From IMG/VR virus record IMGVR_UViG_3300045115_000228: 64,000 nucleotides of DNA; one strand, written 5' to 3'. The DNA comes from an uncultured virus (IMG/VR IMGVR_UViG_3300045115_000228) (lineage: Duplodnaviria > Heunggongvirae > Uroviricota > Caudoviricetes). Under the pieces are notes generated by a model. That model searched no databases and had not been told where the DNA came from. It saw only the letters and a program-made list of their open reading frames with translations. A program made the translations under genes and the position numbers. Within the stretch, counting starts at the first letter, position 1. Each line of letters starts with the position of its first letter. Of the stretch, positions 18,474 through 26,864 are shown one piece after another.

Positions 18474-19249
18474 GTCTGTCCTCCTTGTTCGGCGGCCTGC
18501 GGCAGTTTCCCTTTCGCCGACATGTCTTCCACGACCCTGTTCGGCGTGCCCCTCGCCAGCTCCTCGACGCGGGCCGCGTTGGGGATGGGGTTGCCCTGCG
18601 AGTCCTTGATCCCCGTGATGTTGTCGACGATGAGGCTGCTGTACCTGCCGCGCTGGTCGTCCCACACCGTCACGAGGCCGTTCACGTCGCCCTCCGCCGT
18701 CTCGCCGAACTCGAACGGCGGGGAGATGGCCTTCGGGGGAAGCGGCAGGCCCTCCTTGGTCACGTACTCGACCACGACCCCGAGGCCGACGGCGTCGGCC
18801 GCCCCAAGGATGTCCTTGAACGACTGCTCGATTACGACGTCGGGGGCGGGACGCGGCTTCGAGTCGTCGCCAGGCTTCCCGCCCTCCTGGGCTGGGACTC
18901 CAGGCTTCGGCGCGTCCACCCCCGGGGGCACGGCCACCGTCGCCCCGATCCTGACGTTGTGCTCGTCGAACCAGCCCTCGTTCACCTCCAGGGCGTACCT
19001 GCAGTCGGAAGGCGACCGCACCGACCTCGTGCTCAACGGCGCCATGCTGGCGACGTGGCGCACGACCCCGTTCGAGTCGATGAAGGCTATCTGCAGGGGG
19101 ATGCGGGTGTTCTTCATCCAGAAGGACAGGGGCTGGTCGGAGCCGAAGTCGAAGAGCATGCCGGCGTTCCTCGGCAGGTGCCTCCTGCCCATAAGGCCCG
19201 TCGTCATGTCCCTGTGGCTCGTGACCACCTCCGCCCTCACCGTAGGCAT
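18470..19249 (-). CDS. DUF192-domain protein
   Basis: GLMGRRHL..NAGMLFDF....LSFWMKNTRIPLQIAFID...YALEVNEGWF. Confidence 0.85.
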   Translation of the reverse strand: MPTVRAEVVTSHRDMTTGLMGRRHLPRNAGMLFDFGSDQPLSFWMKNTRIPLQIAFIDSNGVVRHVASMAPLSTRSVRSPSDCRYALEVNEGWFDEHNVRIGATVAVPPGVDAPKPGVPAQEGGKPGDDSKPRPAPDVVIEQSFKDILGAADAVGLGVVVEYVTKEGLPLPPKAISPPFEFGETAEGDVNGLVTVWDDQRGRYSSLIVDNITGIKDSQGNPIPNAARVEELARGTPNRVVEDMSAKGKLPQAAEQGGQT

Positions 19250-19253
19250 CGCC

Positions 19254-19598
19254 TCATCCCTCCGAGAAGTCCCATTGGCACCCGAACGAGTCCAGCACGT
19301 CTCCGACCGCCTCGACCGATCCCGAGTCCAGGTCGACGGTCAGCAGCCTGCCCCTCACGGACGAGGCGGCGCCGCACGCGTTCCTTACTGCGGAGACGAC
19401 GTCGCCCTCCCTGTCGCCGGCCACGATGCGCGAAGGCATCGTCGCCGTGATCGTCCCCGCGGACGCCCGTGCCTCCGGCTCCTCGCGGATCGGCAAGATC
19501 CTCAGCTCGCCATCCGGGGACCGGCGGACGCGGAAGAGGAACTTCGGCCTTCTCCTCCTCTTCCTCTGCGCGGTCGTCATCGACAATGGGCTTGGCAT
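19254..19598 (-). CDS. Hypothetical protein
   Basis: Fills operon gap; start uncertain (19598 ATG or 19610 TTG). Confidence 0.55.
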   Translation of the reverse strand: MPSPLSMTTAQRKRRRRPKFLFRVRRSPDGELRILPIREEPEARASAGTITATMPSRIVAGDREGDVVSAVRNACGAASSVRGRLLTVDLDSGSVEAVGDVLDSFGCQWDFSEG

Positions 19599-19606
19599 CG
19601 TCGTCC

Positions 19607-20698
19607 TCAAGGGGCCAAGAAGTCGTCGTCGCGCGAGAGATCGTTGAGCATGGAATCGATGAACTGATCCGGCGTCATTCTATCCGGTTCCGCCGGCTTC
19701 GGCTCCGCCGGCTTCGGCTCCGCCGGCTTCGGCTCCGCGGGCTTGGCCCGCGCGGGGCTGACTTTCGGGGCGGTGGCAGGCCGCGCCGCGGGAGGGGTAC
19801 GCGGCACGGCGGTCTGCGTCGATGGCCTTGCCTCGGGACGCCCGGTCACCCTGGCTGGCTGCGACGTTCGGCCGGCTGCCGGATCGGAGCCGAGCAGGTC
19901 AGGGTGGGGGGCGTCCACGGCGGACCTGTATCCGCTGCGGGTCTTGCTGCTGACCACGTCCGCGAACACCGCCTCCGCCTGCGAGCGGCTGTCGAACATG
20001 CCCTTGGTCTGCATGGCGAGGGGCCTGCCGGCCTCGTTGCGGCCGTTCCATGCGATCACGACCCACTTGCCGTTGACCTCGAACAGCCTCACGATGTAGT
20101 GCTTGTTCGCCGTCCCCTCGCGCTTCACGAGCCTCTCGCTTCTGGCGTACGGCGTGTCGCGCCCCGGCATGAACTCGCTGGAGATGGGCCTGTTGGACTG
20201 CGCCACGACGGGGATGGTCCCGGCCGTCTTCTGGAACGCGAGCGTGCTGTGGCTCGCGGCCCTCGCCCTGTTCTCGGCGAGGATCACGGAGTAGGGCTTG
20301 CTGACCGACCTGCCGGCGTAGGCGTTCTGCTCCGCGAGCACGAGCGTCTTGATGACCCTCACGGCCTTGGGCGTGAACCTGACGACCTTCGCGTCGCCGC
20401 TCACGAGGCTCGCCGCCTTCAGGCGCAACAGCTTGTCGCTCGGGAAGTCCCCGGGAACGGCGTACTTCTTGTCCTCGACGGACTCGGCCTCCGACACGAT
20501 CGTCCCGCGGTTGAACAGGTCGAGCAGGAGCGAGGCGTCATCGTCGGTCGCCTCCGCGCTGACGCTGATCGCCGCCGACTTCCCATGCCCGCCGAGAGCC
20601 CCGGCGAGGGCATCGACGTCGACGAGGAACATGTCGAGGCTGTCGCTGTCCTTCCGCTCCGAGATCGGCAAGCCGACGGTCCTAATCGGCACTGGCAT
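19607..20698 (-). CDS. WGR-domain protein with PAEPK repeats
   Basis: NKHYIVRL..NGKWVVIAWNGR...F.SRSQAEAVFADVVSSKTRSGY; four 15-bp PAEPK repeats at about 19685-19745. Confidence 0.75.
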   Translation of the reverse strand: MPVPIRTVGLPISERKDSDSLDMFLVDVDALAGALGGHGKSAAISVSAEATDDDASLLLDLFNRGTIVSEAESVEDKKYAVPGDFPSDKLLRLKAASLVSGDAKVVRFTPKAVRVIKTLVLAEQNAYAGRSVSKPYSVILAENRARAASHSTLAFQKTAGTIPVVAQSNRPISSEFMPGRDTPYARSERLVKREGTANKHYIVRLFEVNGKWVVIAWNGRNEAGRPLAMQTKGMFDSRSQAEAVFADVVSSKTRSGYRSAVDAPHPDLLGSDPAAGRTSQPARVTGRPEARPSTQTAVPRTPPAARPATAPKVSPARAKPAEPKPAEPKPAEPKPAEPDRMTPDQFIDSMLNDLSRDDDFLAP

Positions 20699-23600
20699 TT
20701 GGCACCTCCATGGAAGACTTCTCTGGCGCCTCGGCCCCCATCAGCCTCGCCAAGGCTTCCCCCATCCCGTATTCTTCCGCGGCGGAGACCGATTTGCCTT
20801 TGCCCGCCGCCCTGATGGTCGCCCAGACGGACCTCGCGTCCACGTCCGTCGCCTCCGCCGCGGCGGCCGCCTCGGCGAACGACGAGTCGATGGAGAAGCC
20901 GAACTCCGACGCCAGGAACACCGCGTCGACGATGGACAGCGGGTTGAAGGACACCGCCTCCGCCGGGTCGCCGGCGGCCCTGACGACGGCCGCCTCGACG
21001 TCCGGCGTCGCCTCGCCCGTCGGGTCCATGATCTCCTCGGACGTCGCGTCCATCGCCAACATGAGCGGCGTGAGCAGCCTCGACGCCAGCTCCTCCTCCA
21101 GCGTGGCCTCGCAGGCGAACCTGAACGTGACGCCCCTCCAGCGGGCCACCATCATCCCGTGGGCGTCGCGGCCGACGCACTCCGCCCCCGCCCTCTCGCA
21201 GGCTATCTCGGCGACCTTGACGCAGAGGTCTGGGTCGTCGGAGCAGAAGTCGACGGTCCTGACCCTGTCCCACGGCTTGCCGACCTTGACCGCGAGAGGA
21301 AGGTCGCCGACGACGAGAGTCCTGCCGCCCGCCTGCCTCGCGGCGTCGCCCACGGCGTGCACCATCCTTGAGATCGCGTCCGCCCTCACGGTCGGGATCC
21401 CCGTGATGTAGTCGAAGACCTCGCGAGCCCCGTCGGAGTCGTCGTCGCCCGTCAGGTAGCCCTCGGCCACGCGCACCCTGTCCTCGGGTATGGTGTGGCT
21501 GACGACCCACGTCGCGACGAGGCCGTCGGGCCTCCGGAAGACGTCGAGCCTGACGTCGCCGTCGTTCTCGAAGAACTTCCTGGTCATCGGCACGCACGCC
21601 TGCGGCATCACGATCCTCGTCCCGCGTATGGACCCGCCCGTCACGCCGCGCATCGCCGCGTCCAGCAGCGCCTCGAACGAGCGCATCCCGATCCCCTCGT
21701 CCGAGGCCGCCCGCTGCCACGGCGACGTCCGGAGGCTCGGGCGCTCGTTCATGTGGTCCTCCCACGTGTCCACGCCGAAGCGCGGCTCGACGATCCACGT
21801 GTAGATCTCGTCCTCCTTGGACATCGGGTTGCCGTACTCCGGGTTGTACCGGGGCTGCTTCCGTATGAACTTCGAGCTGAACCAGGTGGTCTCCTCGTCG
21901 TTCTCGTCGAAGGGCTGGACCCTGTCGGACATCGGCAGGTCGAGGTTGCTCATCCAGCCGACCGCCTCGATGCCCGGCTCGTACGACCACGCCTTCTTGA
22001 CCGGCAGCATGAGCGGCTTCTCCCTTGCGCCGTCGATGAGCGACTCCGTCGTCCTGTAGCCCGGCAGCGGGTCGCGCCCCTGGTCGAGCAGCTCCTCCAT
22101 GCTCGCCCCGGCGTCGACCGAGCTCGTCCACCTGTCCTTGTTGCGCGCCCGGAGTTGCCCCTCGAAGGAGAGCCTCGACGCCGGCCTCGGGAGGGGCCTG
22201 ACGCTGTCGAGCATCGCCTCGATGGCGCCGGCGCCGTACGCCCAGTAGGACGTCGACCACGGAGACGGATGCAGGCCCTTGAGGAGGGACTGGCTGACCG
22301 GGAACTGGGCCCCGAACTGGGCCTGCTTAGGCATCGCCGCCCTCACGAGAAGATCCCCGTCCCTTGCGTACCCCTCTCCGGAGAAGTCGAAGCCGTACGC
22401 CTCGCAAGCCACGGCGGAGACGGGCCTGCCGGCGTCGACGGCGTCGAAGATGGCCAGCTTGTGCTTGCTCGCGGTCATCCCTTCGACGGCGAACTCGTCC
22501 GGCGTCATCTCGGCGATCAGCTTGGGGGCGAGCCCGTCCGCCGCCGCCCTCTCCAGCCAGTTGAAGGCCGCCGCCGACCTGCGCCTGTTGGGGTCGATTA
22601 TGAGGGGGGAGTACTCCTGCTCCCTGCCCTCGCTCTGGTAGCGCTGCTGGCGCCTCTGGTTCACGACGGGCATGACCCATTGCATGAACCTCGCCTCGGT
22701 GCCCTCGGACGGCCCTTCCGTCTGCTCCCCGGCGGCGTGGACGGCCTCGTGGACCATCGTCGCCCCCAGGTGCATCACGCCGAGGGCGTGCTGGTCCTGG
22801 GGGTCGGTGATCGGGGGGTTGGACTCGGAGGCGTCGGCCCTCGCGGCGGAGATAACCTTGTTCATGTCGATGCCGAACGTCGTCGCCCCACGCTGGTCGA
22901 TCTTCTGCCGGTAGGCCTTGACCTCGGAGTCGATCTGCTCCTTGGTCTTGTCCTTGTGGGTGACGTAGAACCCGCCGCCCGGGACGTCCTGTATCTGGTA
23001 GCCGTCCATCCGCAGGAGGCTCCTCAGCTTGGAGTCCTTGATCTTCTCGTCGAGGGCGGACATGTAGATGCCGTAGGCGTCGCCGCCCGTGTAGTTGTAG
23101 ATGAAGGCCACGTTGTTCAGCAGCCTTCCGTCGAACTGGTTGATGAGGGAGATCGCCTCGTCGACGCCGGAGAAGATGCCGCGTATCTGGGAGGCGTCCA
23201 CGCCGGGCGTGCCGACGTACTGGTCGAGCTGCGCCGGGTCCGGGATCTGGCCGCTGAACCCGGGGATGGCCTGGGCCGTCCTCGTCGTCGCGCCGATCGG
23301 CTCGAAGATGGACGAGAAGTCGTCCCCGCCGCCGAAGACGTCCGGGCTGACGTCGATGTTCGACGAGTACTCCTCCGCGGTCTCGTTGAGGGCCCTGTTC
23401 AGCCTCCTGGAGTCCTCAAGCGGCATGCCGAGGTCGAAGTCCCAGTTCTGCTGGTTGGCCCACTCCGGGACGACCTGCTCCTCCGTGAAGCCTATGCCGC
23501 GGAGCTCGCGGATCGTCCTGTTCCAGTCCGCCATCGCCTCCTTGACGTCGAGCAGGGACTGCTTGCGGCGCAGCCTGTTCTCGTGCCCCGCGAGCCCGGT

Positions 23601-24164
23601 CGCGACGGGCACCGCGAGGGCGCAGACCTGGTACCTGTCGGGGCTGCGCGTGAACCTCGCCTTCCTCAGGATGACGACGGCGATCATCCCGTCCTTGGGG
23701 CTGTAGAGGGTCTTGCGGGCGAGGATGTTCTCCGACACCTGCTCGTTCGCCTTCCACCCGCCGCGGCCGACCTGGGGCGTCATCGGCGTCCTGCGGAAGT
23801 CAAGGGCCTCCATCCCGTACCTCTGCCGCATGGCGTCGGCTATGAGGCTGTCGTTGACCTCGTCCTGGCGGCCGACGACGACGGAATCGATGACCTTGTG
23901 CCCGGGCCTCGGGCGATAGGGATCGTAGGCCTTGTCGAACCTGGAGTTGACCGTCAGGATGATCGAGACCGTGTCCTTCTCCTCGTCGATGGACACGGAG
24001 GCGTAGTACGACGGGATGCCGCTCACGGTCCCGCCCCTGACGGCGTAGCCCGCCCACGTGAAGAGGCGCATCACCCCAACGCCGGGGCGCTTGACCATCA
24101 CCTGCTGCCATGCGAGGCTGTCCTTGGCCAGCAGGAAACTATCGAAGCTGAAGGGATCGGGCAT
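20682..24164 (-). CDS. Multidomain protein: WGR-like N-terminus, HExxH zincin-like domain, degenerate CCA/poly(A) nucleotidyltransferase domain
   Basis: ATMVHEAVHAAG....E at 22737-22751; C-terminal LVVGD...TVDF...EELASRLLT...DPTG..PDVEAAVVRAAGDP...FNPLSIVDAVFLASEFGFSID resembles class II nucleotidyltransferases. Confidence 0.7.
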   Translation of the reverse strand: MPDPFSFDSFLLAKDSLAWQQVMVKRPGVGVMRLFTWAGYAVRGGTVSGIPSYYASVSIDEEKDTVSIILTVNSRFDKAYDPYRPRPGHKVIDSVVVGRQDEVNDSLIADAMRQRYGMEALDFRRTPMTPQVGRGGWKANEQVSENILARKTLYSPKDGMIAVVILRKARFTRSPDRYQVCALAVPVATGLAGHENRLRRKQSLLDVKEAMADWNRTIRELRGIGFTEEQVVPEWANQQNWDFDLGMPLEDSRRLNRALNETAEEYSSNIDVSPDVFGGGDDFSSIFEPIGATTRTAQAIPGFSGQIPDPAQLDQYVGTPGVDASQIRGIFSGVDEAISLINQFDGRLLNNVAFIYNYTGGDAYGIYMSALDEKIKDSKLRSLLRMDGYQIQDVPGGGFYVTHKDKTKEQIDSEVKAYRQKIDQRGATTFGIDMNKVISAARADASESNPPITDPQDQHALGVMHLGATMVHEAVHAAGEQTEGPSEGTEARFMQWVMPVVNQRRQQRYQSEGREQEYSPLIIDPNRRRSAAAFNWLERAAADGLAPKLIAEMTPDEFAVEGMTASKHKLAIFDAVDAGRPVSAVACEAYGFDFSGEGYARDGDLLVRAAMPKQAQFGAQFPVSQSLLKGLHPSPWSTSYWAYGAGAIEAMLDSVRPLPRPASRLSFEGQLRARNKDRWTSSVDAGASMEELLDQGRDPLPGYRTTESLIDGAREKPLMLPVKKAWSYEPGIEAVGWMSNLDLPMSDRVQPFDENDEETTWFSSKFIRKQPRYNPEYGNPMSKEDEIYTWIVEPRFGVDTWEDHMNERPSLRTSPWQRAASDEGIGMRSFEALLDAAMRGVTGGSIRGTRIVMPQACVPMTRKFFENDGDVRLDVFRRPDGLVATWVVSHTIPEDRVRVAEGYLTGDDDSDGAREVFDYITGIPTVRADAISRMVHAVGDAARQAGGRTLVVGDLPLAVKVGKPWDRVRTVDFCSDDPDLCVKVAEIACERAGAECVGRDAHGMMVARWRGVTFRFACEATLEEELASRLLTPLMLAMDATSEEIMDPTGEATPDVEAAVVRAAGDPAEAVSFNPLSIVDAVFLASEFGFSIDSSFAEAAAAAEATDVDARSVWATIRAAGKGKSVSAAEEYGMGEALARLMGAEAPEKSSMEVPNASAD

Positions 24165-24194
24165 ATGCGCTTGGCCTCCGCGTTTGGCTTCTAC

Positions 24195-24220
24195 TTCGCC
24201 CGGACGGGCGTCAAACCCTT
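24195..24220 (-). promoter_or_regulatory. Phage promoter AAGG-N18-CGAA
   Basis: AAGG GTTTGACGCCCGTCCGGG CGAA GTAG. Confidence 0.7.
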
Positions 24221-24285
24221 CCGGAGCTGAAGCGCAGCGGGCGGCCACAGCGCCGCCATGGCCGCCCCCGGGACGCGGGACGACG

Positions 24286-24549
24286 TCAGACCGTGCTCTG
24301 GATCTGCTGCCGCGTATCCCGGCGCTCGTGCTCGAAGTCCCTCGGGCGCTTCGGGCCCGTGTCCCGGTCGTCGTAGTGCATCCGCTCGGACGCCTGTCCC
24401 TTCAGGAGCTTGTCGCTGGCGCCGTGGCATCCGCCTTCCATCCCCTGGTCGGGGTCCCACTGGATGCTCTTCTTGACGCCGCCCTTGCCGTCGCTCGTCA
24501 CGATGATCGTGAAGTTGTACCGCTTCTCTTCCTGACCCAGCCTTCTCAT
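24286..24549 (-). CDS. DUF2997-like small protein (87 aa)
   Basis: FTIIVTSDGKG....GMEGGCHGASDKL ... Gln-rich end; SD AGGAGG; directly follows DUF1257-like gene. Confidence 0.6.
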   Translation of the reverse strand: MRRLGQEEKRYNFTIIVTSDGKGGVKKSIQWDPDQGMEGGCHGASDKLLKGQASERMHYDDRDTGPKRPRDFEHERRDTRQQIQSTV

Positions 24550-24569
24550 GTGTCCTCCTGTCTGGCCGT

Positions 24570-25115
24570 TCAGGCCGGCACCTCGACGCCCATTCTCCTC
24601 AGGTCGGCCGCCGTCACCGAGCCCCTGACCATCCACGCCCTCGGGTCGCCGGCCTTGCCGGTCGCGGCCTGGAACTCGACGCTCGGGGCCTCCGCGGCGA
24701 TCTGCTGCTGGAGCTCCTTCATGGCGTAGCCGTTCTCGACCTGCGAGAAGAATTCCCGCATGTCGGCGGCGAACTTCCCGTCCGGCTGCTGGCGGACGGC
24801 GTCGCGCTCGCTCATGCCGCTCATCCTCAGCCTCTCGCGGGCGTCGCGGTCCATGAAGGAGGAGTCGCTCTCGGAGCACCCGAGGAACACGAACTTGCCG
24901 CCCCTGTTGATGAGGCCGACGTCGCCGAACCCCCGCAGGTGCTCGGGGAGCTGATTCTGGCGGATGCAGATGTCGACCTGCCTGTTGTGCGACGACCACC
25001 TCTGCTTCGCCACGACGTCGAACTCCGCCCTGATGCCGAGGTCGCCCAGGCACCGCGCGACGAGGGCACGGTCGACGATGTCGATGCTCGATACTATCGC
25101 CTTGTAATCGCTCAT
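24570..25115 (-). CDS. DUF1257/Ycf35-like protein
   Basis: MSDYKAI...DRALVARCLGDLG...VDICIRQ....DVGLINRGGKFVF...FFSQVENGYA; SD GGAGG. Confidence 0.65.
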   Translation of the reverse strand: MSDYKAIVSSIDIVDRALVARCLGDLGIRAEFDVVAKQRWSSHNRQVDICIRQNQLPEHLRGFGDVGLINRGGKFVFLGCSESDSSFMDRDARERLRMSGMSERDAVRQQPDGKFAADMREFFSQVENGYAMKELQQQIAAEAPSVEFQAATGKAGDPRAWMVRGSVTAADLRRMGVEVPA

Positions 25116-25146
25116 GTCCTTCCTCCACTTTCCCGTACGACTGGAC

Positions 25147-26187
25147 CTATTCCTTCGGCATCGCGAATCCGATCTCCTGCAACGCCTCAAGCACGTTCTC
25201 GGCCTCGATGGCGGCGTTCAGGCCGTACGTCGACTTGTCGCCGACGATGATCTCGATCATCCCGATGACCGTGCCGTCCCGCAGGGACACCATCGGCCCG
25301 CCCGAGTTCCCGGGGAGTATCTTCGCGTCCGTGAACACGTGCCTCGGGGCGCCCTCGTGCAGGAACACGATCCTGTCGAGCCCGCCTATGATGCCCTCCG
25401 ACACCTCGTTCTCGAAGCCCTTCGGGCTGCCCACGACCAGCACGGGTTCGCCCTGCTCGTGCGACCCCGAAGGAGACAGCCTCAGCACGCGGCTCCTCAT
25501 GCCGCACTCCAGCAGGGCGACGTCCTTGCTCGTCGACACGCCAACGAGGCGTGCGGGGGCGGACTCCCCTCCCCTTGACAGCTCGATCTCCACGCCAGAG
25601 GCGAACCCGGACGCGTCGACGTCCGAGCCTATCTCGTACGGCATCACGACGTGGGCGCACGTGACGTACTTGCCTTCGGCCACGCAGAACGCCGCCCCGA
25701 CCCCTCCGCCGCTTGGCCCGTCGGACTTGACGCCGACGCACCCATCGATCACGTCCGACACGACGCTCGTGTCCGCGGCGAGGCGTCGGAACAGGCGGCG
25801 GAACGGCTTGCCGAGCAGGCGCAGTTGGAACAGGGCCGTCTGCTTGTCGGGGAACTCGTAGCGGGTGCCGTCCTCCATCTCCGCCACCAGCCTCTGGTTG
25901 CGGCGCCTGCCCCGCGCCCTCTCCATGTCGAGGACGCGCATCGCCTCGTCGGTCTTGTACTGGTCGCCGGTCTCGCGGAACGACCCCTGCTGGTCCGGCT
26001 CCGCCGCCCAGGATCCCCTGCCGTGGATGTCGTTGAACCCCTCGCGGTTCCCCTCGATGAGGTCCTGGATCAGCGGCGTGTTGCCGAACAGCGGAACGCC
26101 CCTAGACTTGTCGGTGAGGGGCGACAGACCGCCGTCGAACGGCGTCGTCGTCCTCGTGTAGGCTGTCCTTTGCGGAATGGCAGGCAT
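25147..26187 (-). CDS. Trypsin-like serine protease with N-terminal extension
   Basis: Catalytic triad VTCAHVV / KDVALL / PGNSGGP. Confidence 0.9.
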   Translation of the reverse strand: MPAIPQRTAYTRTTTPFDGGLSPLTDKSRGVPLFGNTPLIQDLIEGNREGFNDIHGRGSWAAEPDQQGSFRETGDQYKTDEAMRVLDMERARGRRRNQRLVAEMEDGTRYEFPDKQTALFQLRLLGKPFRRLFRRLAADTSVVSDVIDGCVGVKSDGPSGGGVGAAFCVAEGKYVTCAHVVMPYEIGSDVDASGFASGVEIELSRGGESAPARLVGVSTSKDVALLECGMRSRVLRLSPSGSHEQGEPVLVVGSPKGFENEVSEGIIGGLDRIVFLHEGAPRHVFTDAKILPGNSGGPMVSLRDGTVIGMIEIIVGDKSTYGLNAAIEAENVLEALQEIGFAMPKE

Positions 26188-26203
26188 ATGCACCGTCCTC
26201 TAT

Positions 26204-26229
26204 TTCACGGCGCGGTACCTCCATTCCTT
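26204..26229 (-). promoter_or_regulatory. Phage promoter AAGG-N18-TGAA
   Basis: AAGG AATGGAGGTACCGCGCCG TGAA ATAG. Confidence 0.6.
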
Positions 26230-26236
26230 GACGGCG

Positions 26237-26797
26237 TCAGAGGGTGGTGAAGTCTTTCTTCCCATCCTCGGGCTGGTCGGCGTCAGGCTGGTCGGACTGG
26301 CCGTCCTTGCCGCCTTGGCCATCGCTGCCCTGCCACGATTCGTCGCCGGCGTACTTCGGACCGTCGACGTTGTTCATCCCCGGGCGCATGTGCCTGACCT
26401 CCGGCCCGTCGCGTCCGACGACCACCACCTTCTCTTCCCTCGGCTTGTCCGCGGGAACCAGCTCCTCGGAGCCGTCCTCGCGGCGGCGCACGACGAACTG
26501 GTCCTCCGGGTCGACGCGCCTGAAGTCGGTCCCTGGGCGCGGTCTTGGCTTGGCCTGCCTGCCCTGCTGCGGCTGGGCGGTTCCCGCCTGTTGCGCGGCT
26601 GGCTGGGGCTTGGGCTGCGGCTTCTCCTCGCCCAGCGGGGACACGGAGATGACCCCGTAGCTCTCAAGCTCGGCAAGGTCGGAGTCCCCGACGACACTGG
26701 CGTCGCGAGTGACGGATCCGCCGCCTGGGATCGTGATCTTCAGGCTGTTGATGACGCAGGCGCCCGGCTTCAGGTTGGTGATTCTTACCTTCGGCAT
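26237..26797 (-). CDS. Hypothetical protein (start MPKVRIT)
   Basis: SD AGGAGG; TATAAT at about 26823-26828 upstream. Confidence 0.75.
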   Translation of the reverse strand: MPKVRITNLKPGACVINSLKITIPGGGSVTRDASVVGDSDLAELESYGVISVSPLGEEKPQPKPQPAAQQAGTAQPQQGRQAKPRPRPGTDFRRVDPEDQFVVRRREDGSEELVPADKPREEKVVVVGRDGPEVRHMRPGMNNVDGPKYAGDESWQGSDGQGGKDGQSDQPDADQPEDGKKDFTTL

Positions 26798-26864
26798 GAC
26801 ACACCTCCTTTGAGATGCCCCATTATACAAGCGGGCACCTTCGGAAGGCATGCCGTTTGGGCCG

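Noticed and set aside
17525..19745. Short tandem repeats (DVPPA, PAEPK; also PRADM at about 51400)
   Set aside because: Ordinary in-frame slippage repeats in low-complexity linkers
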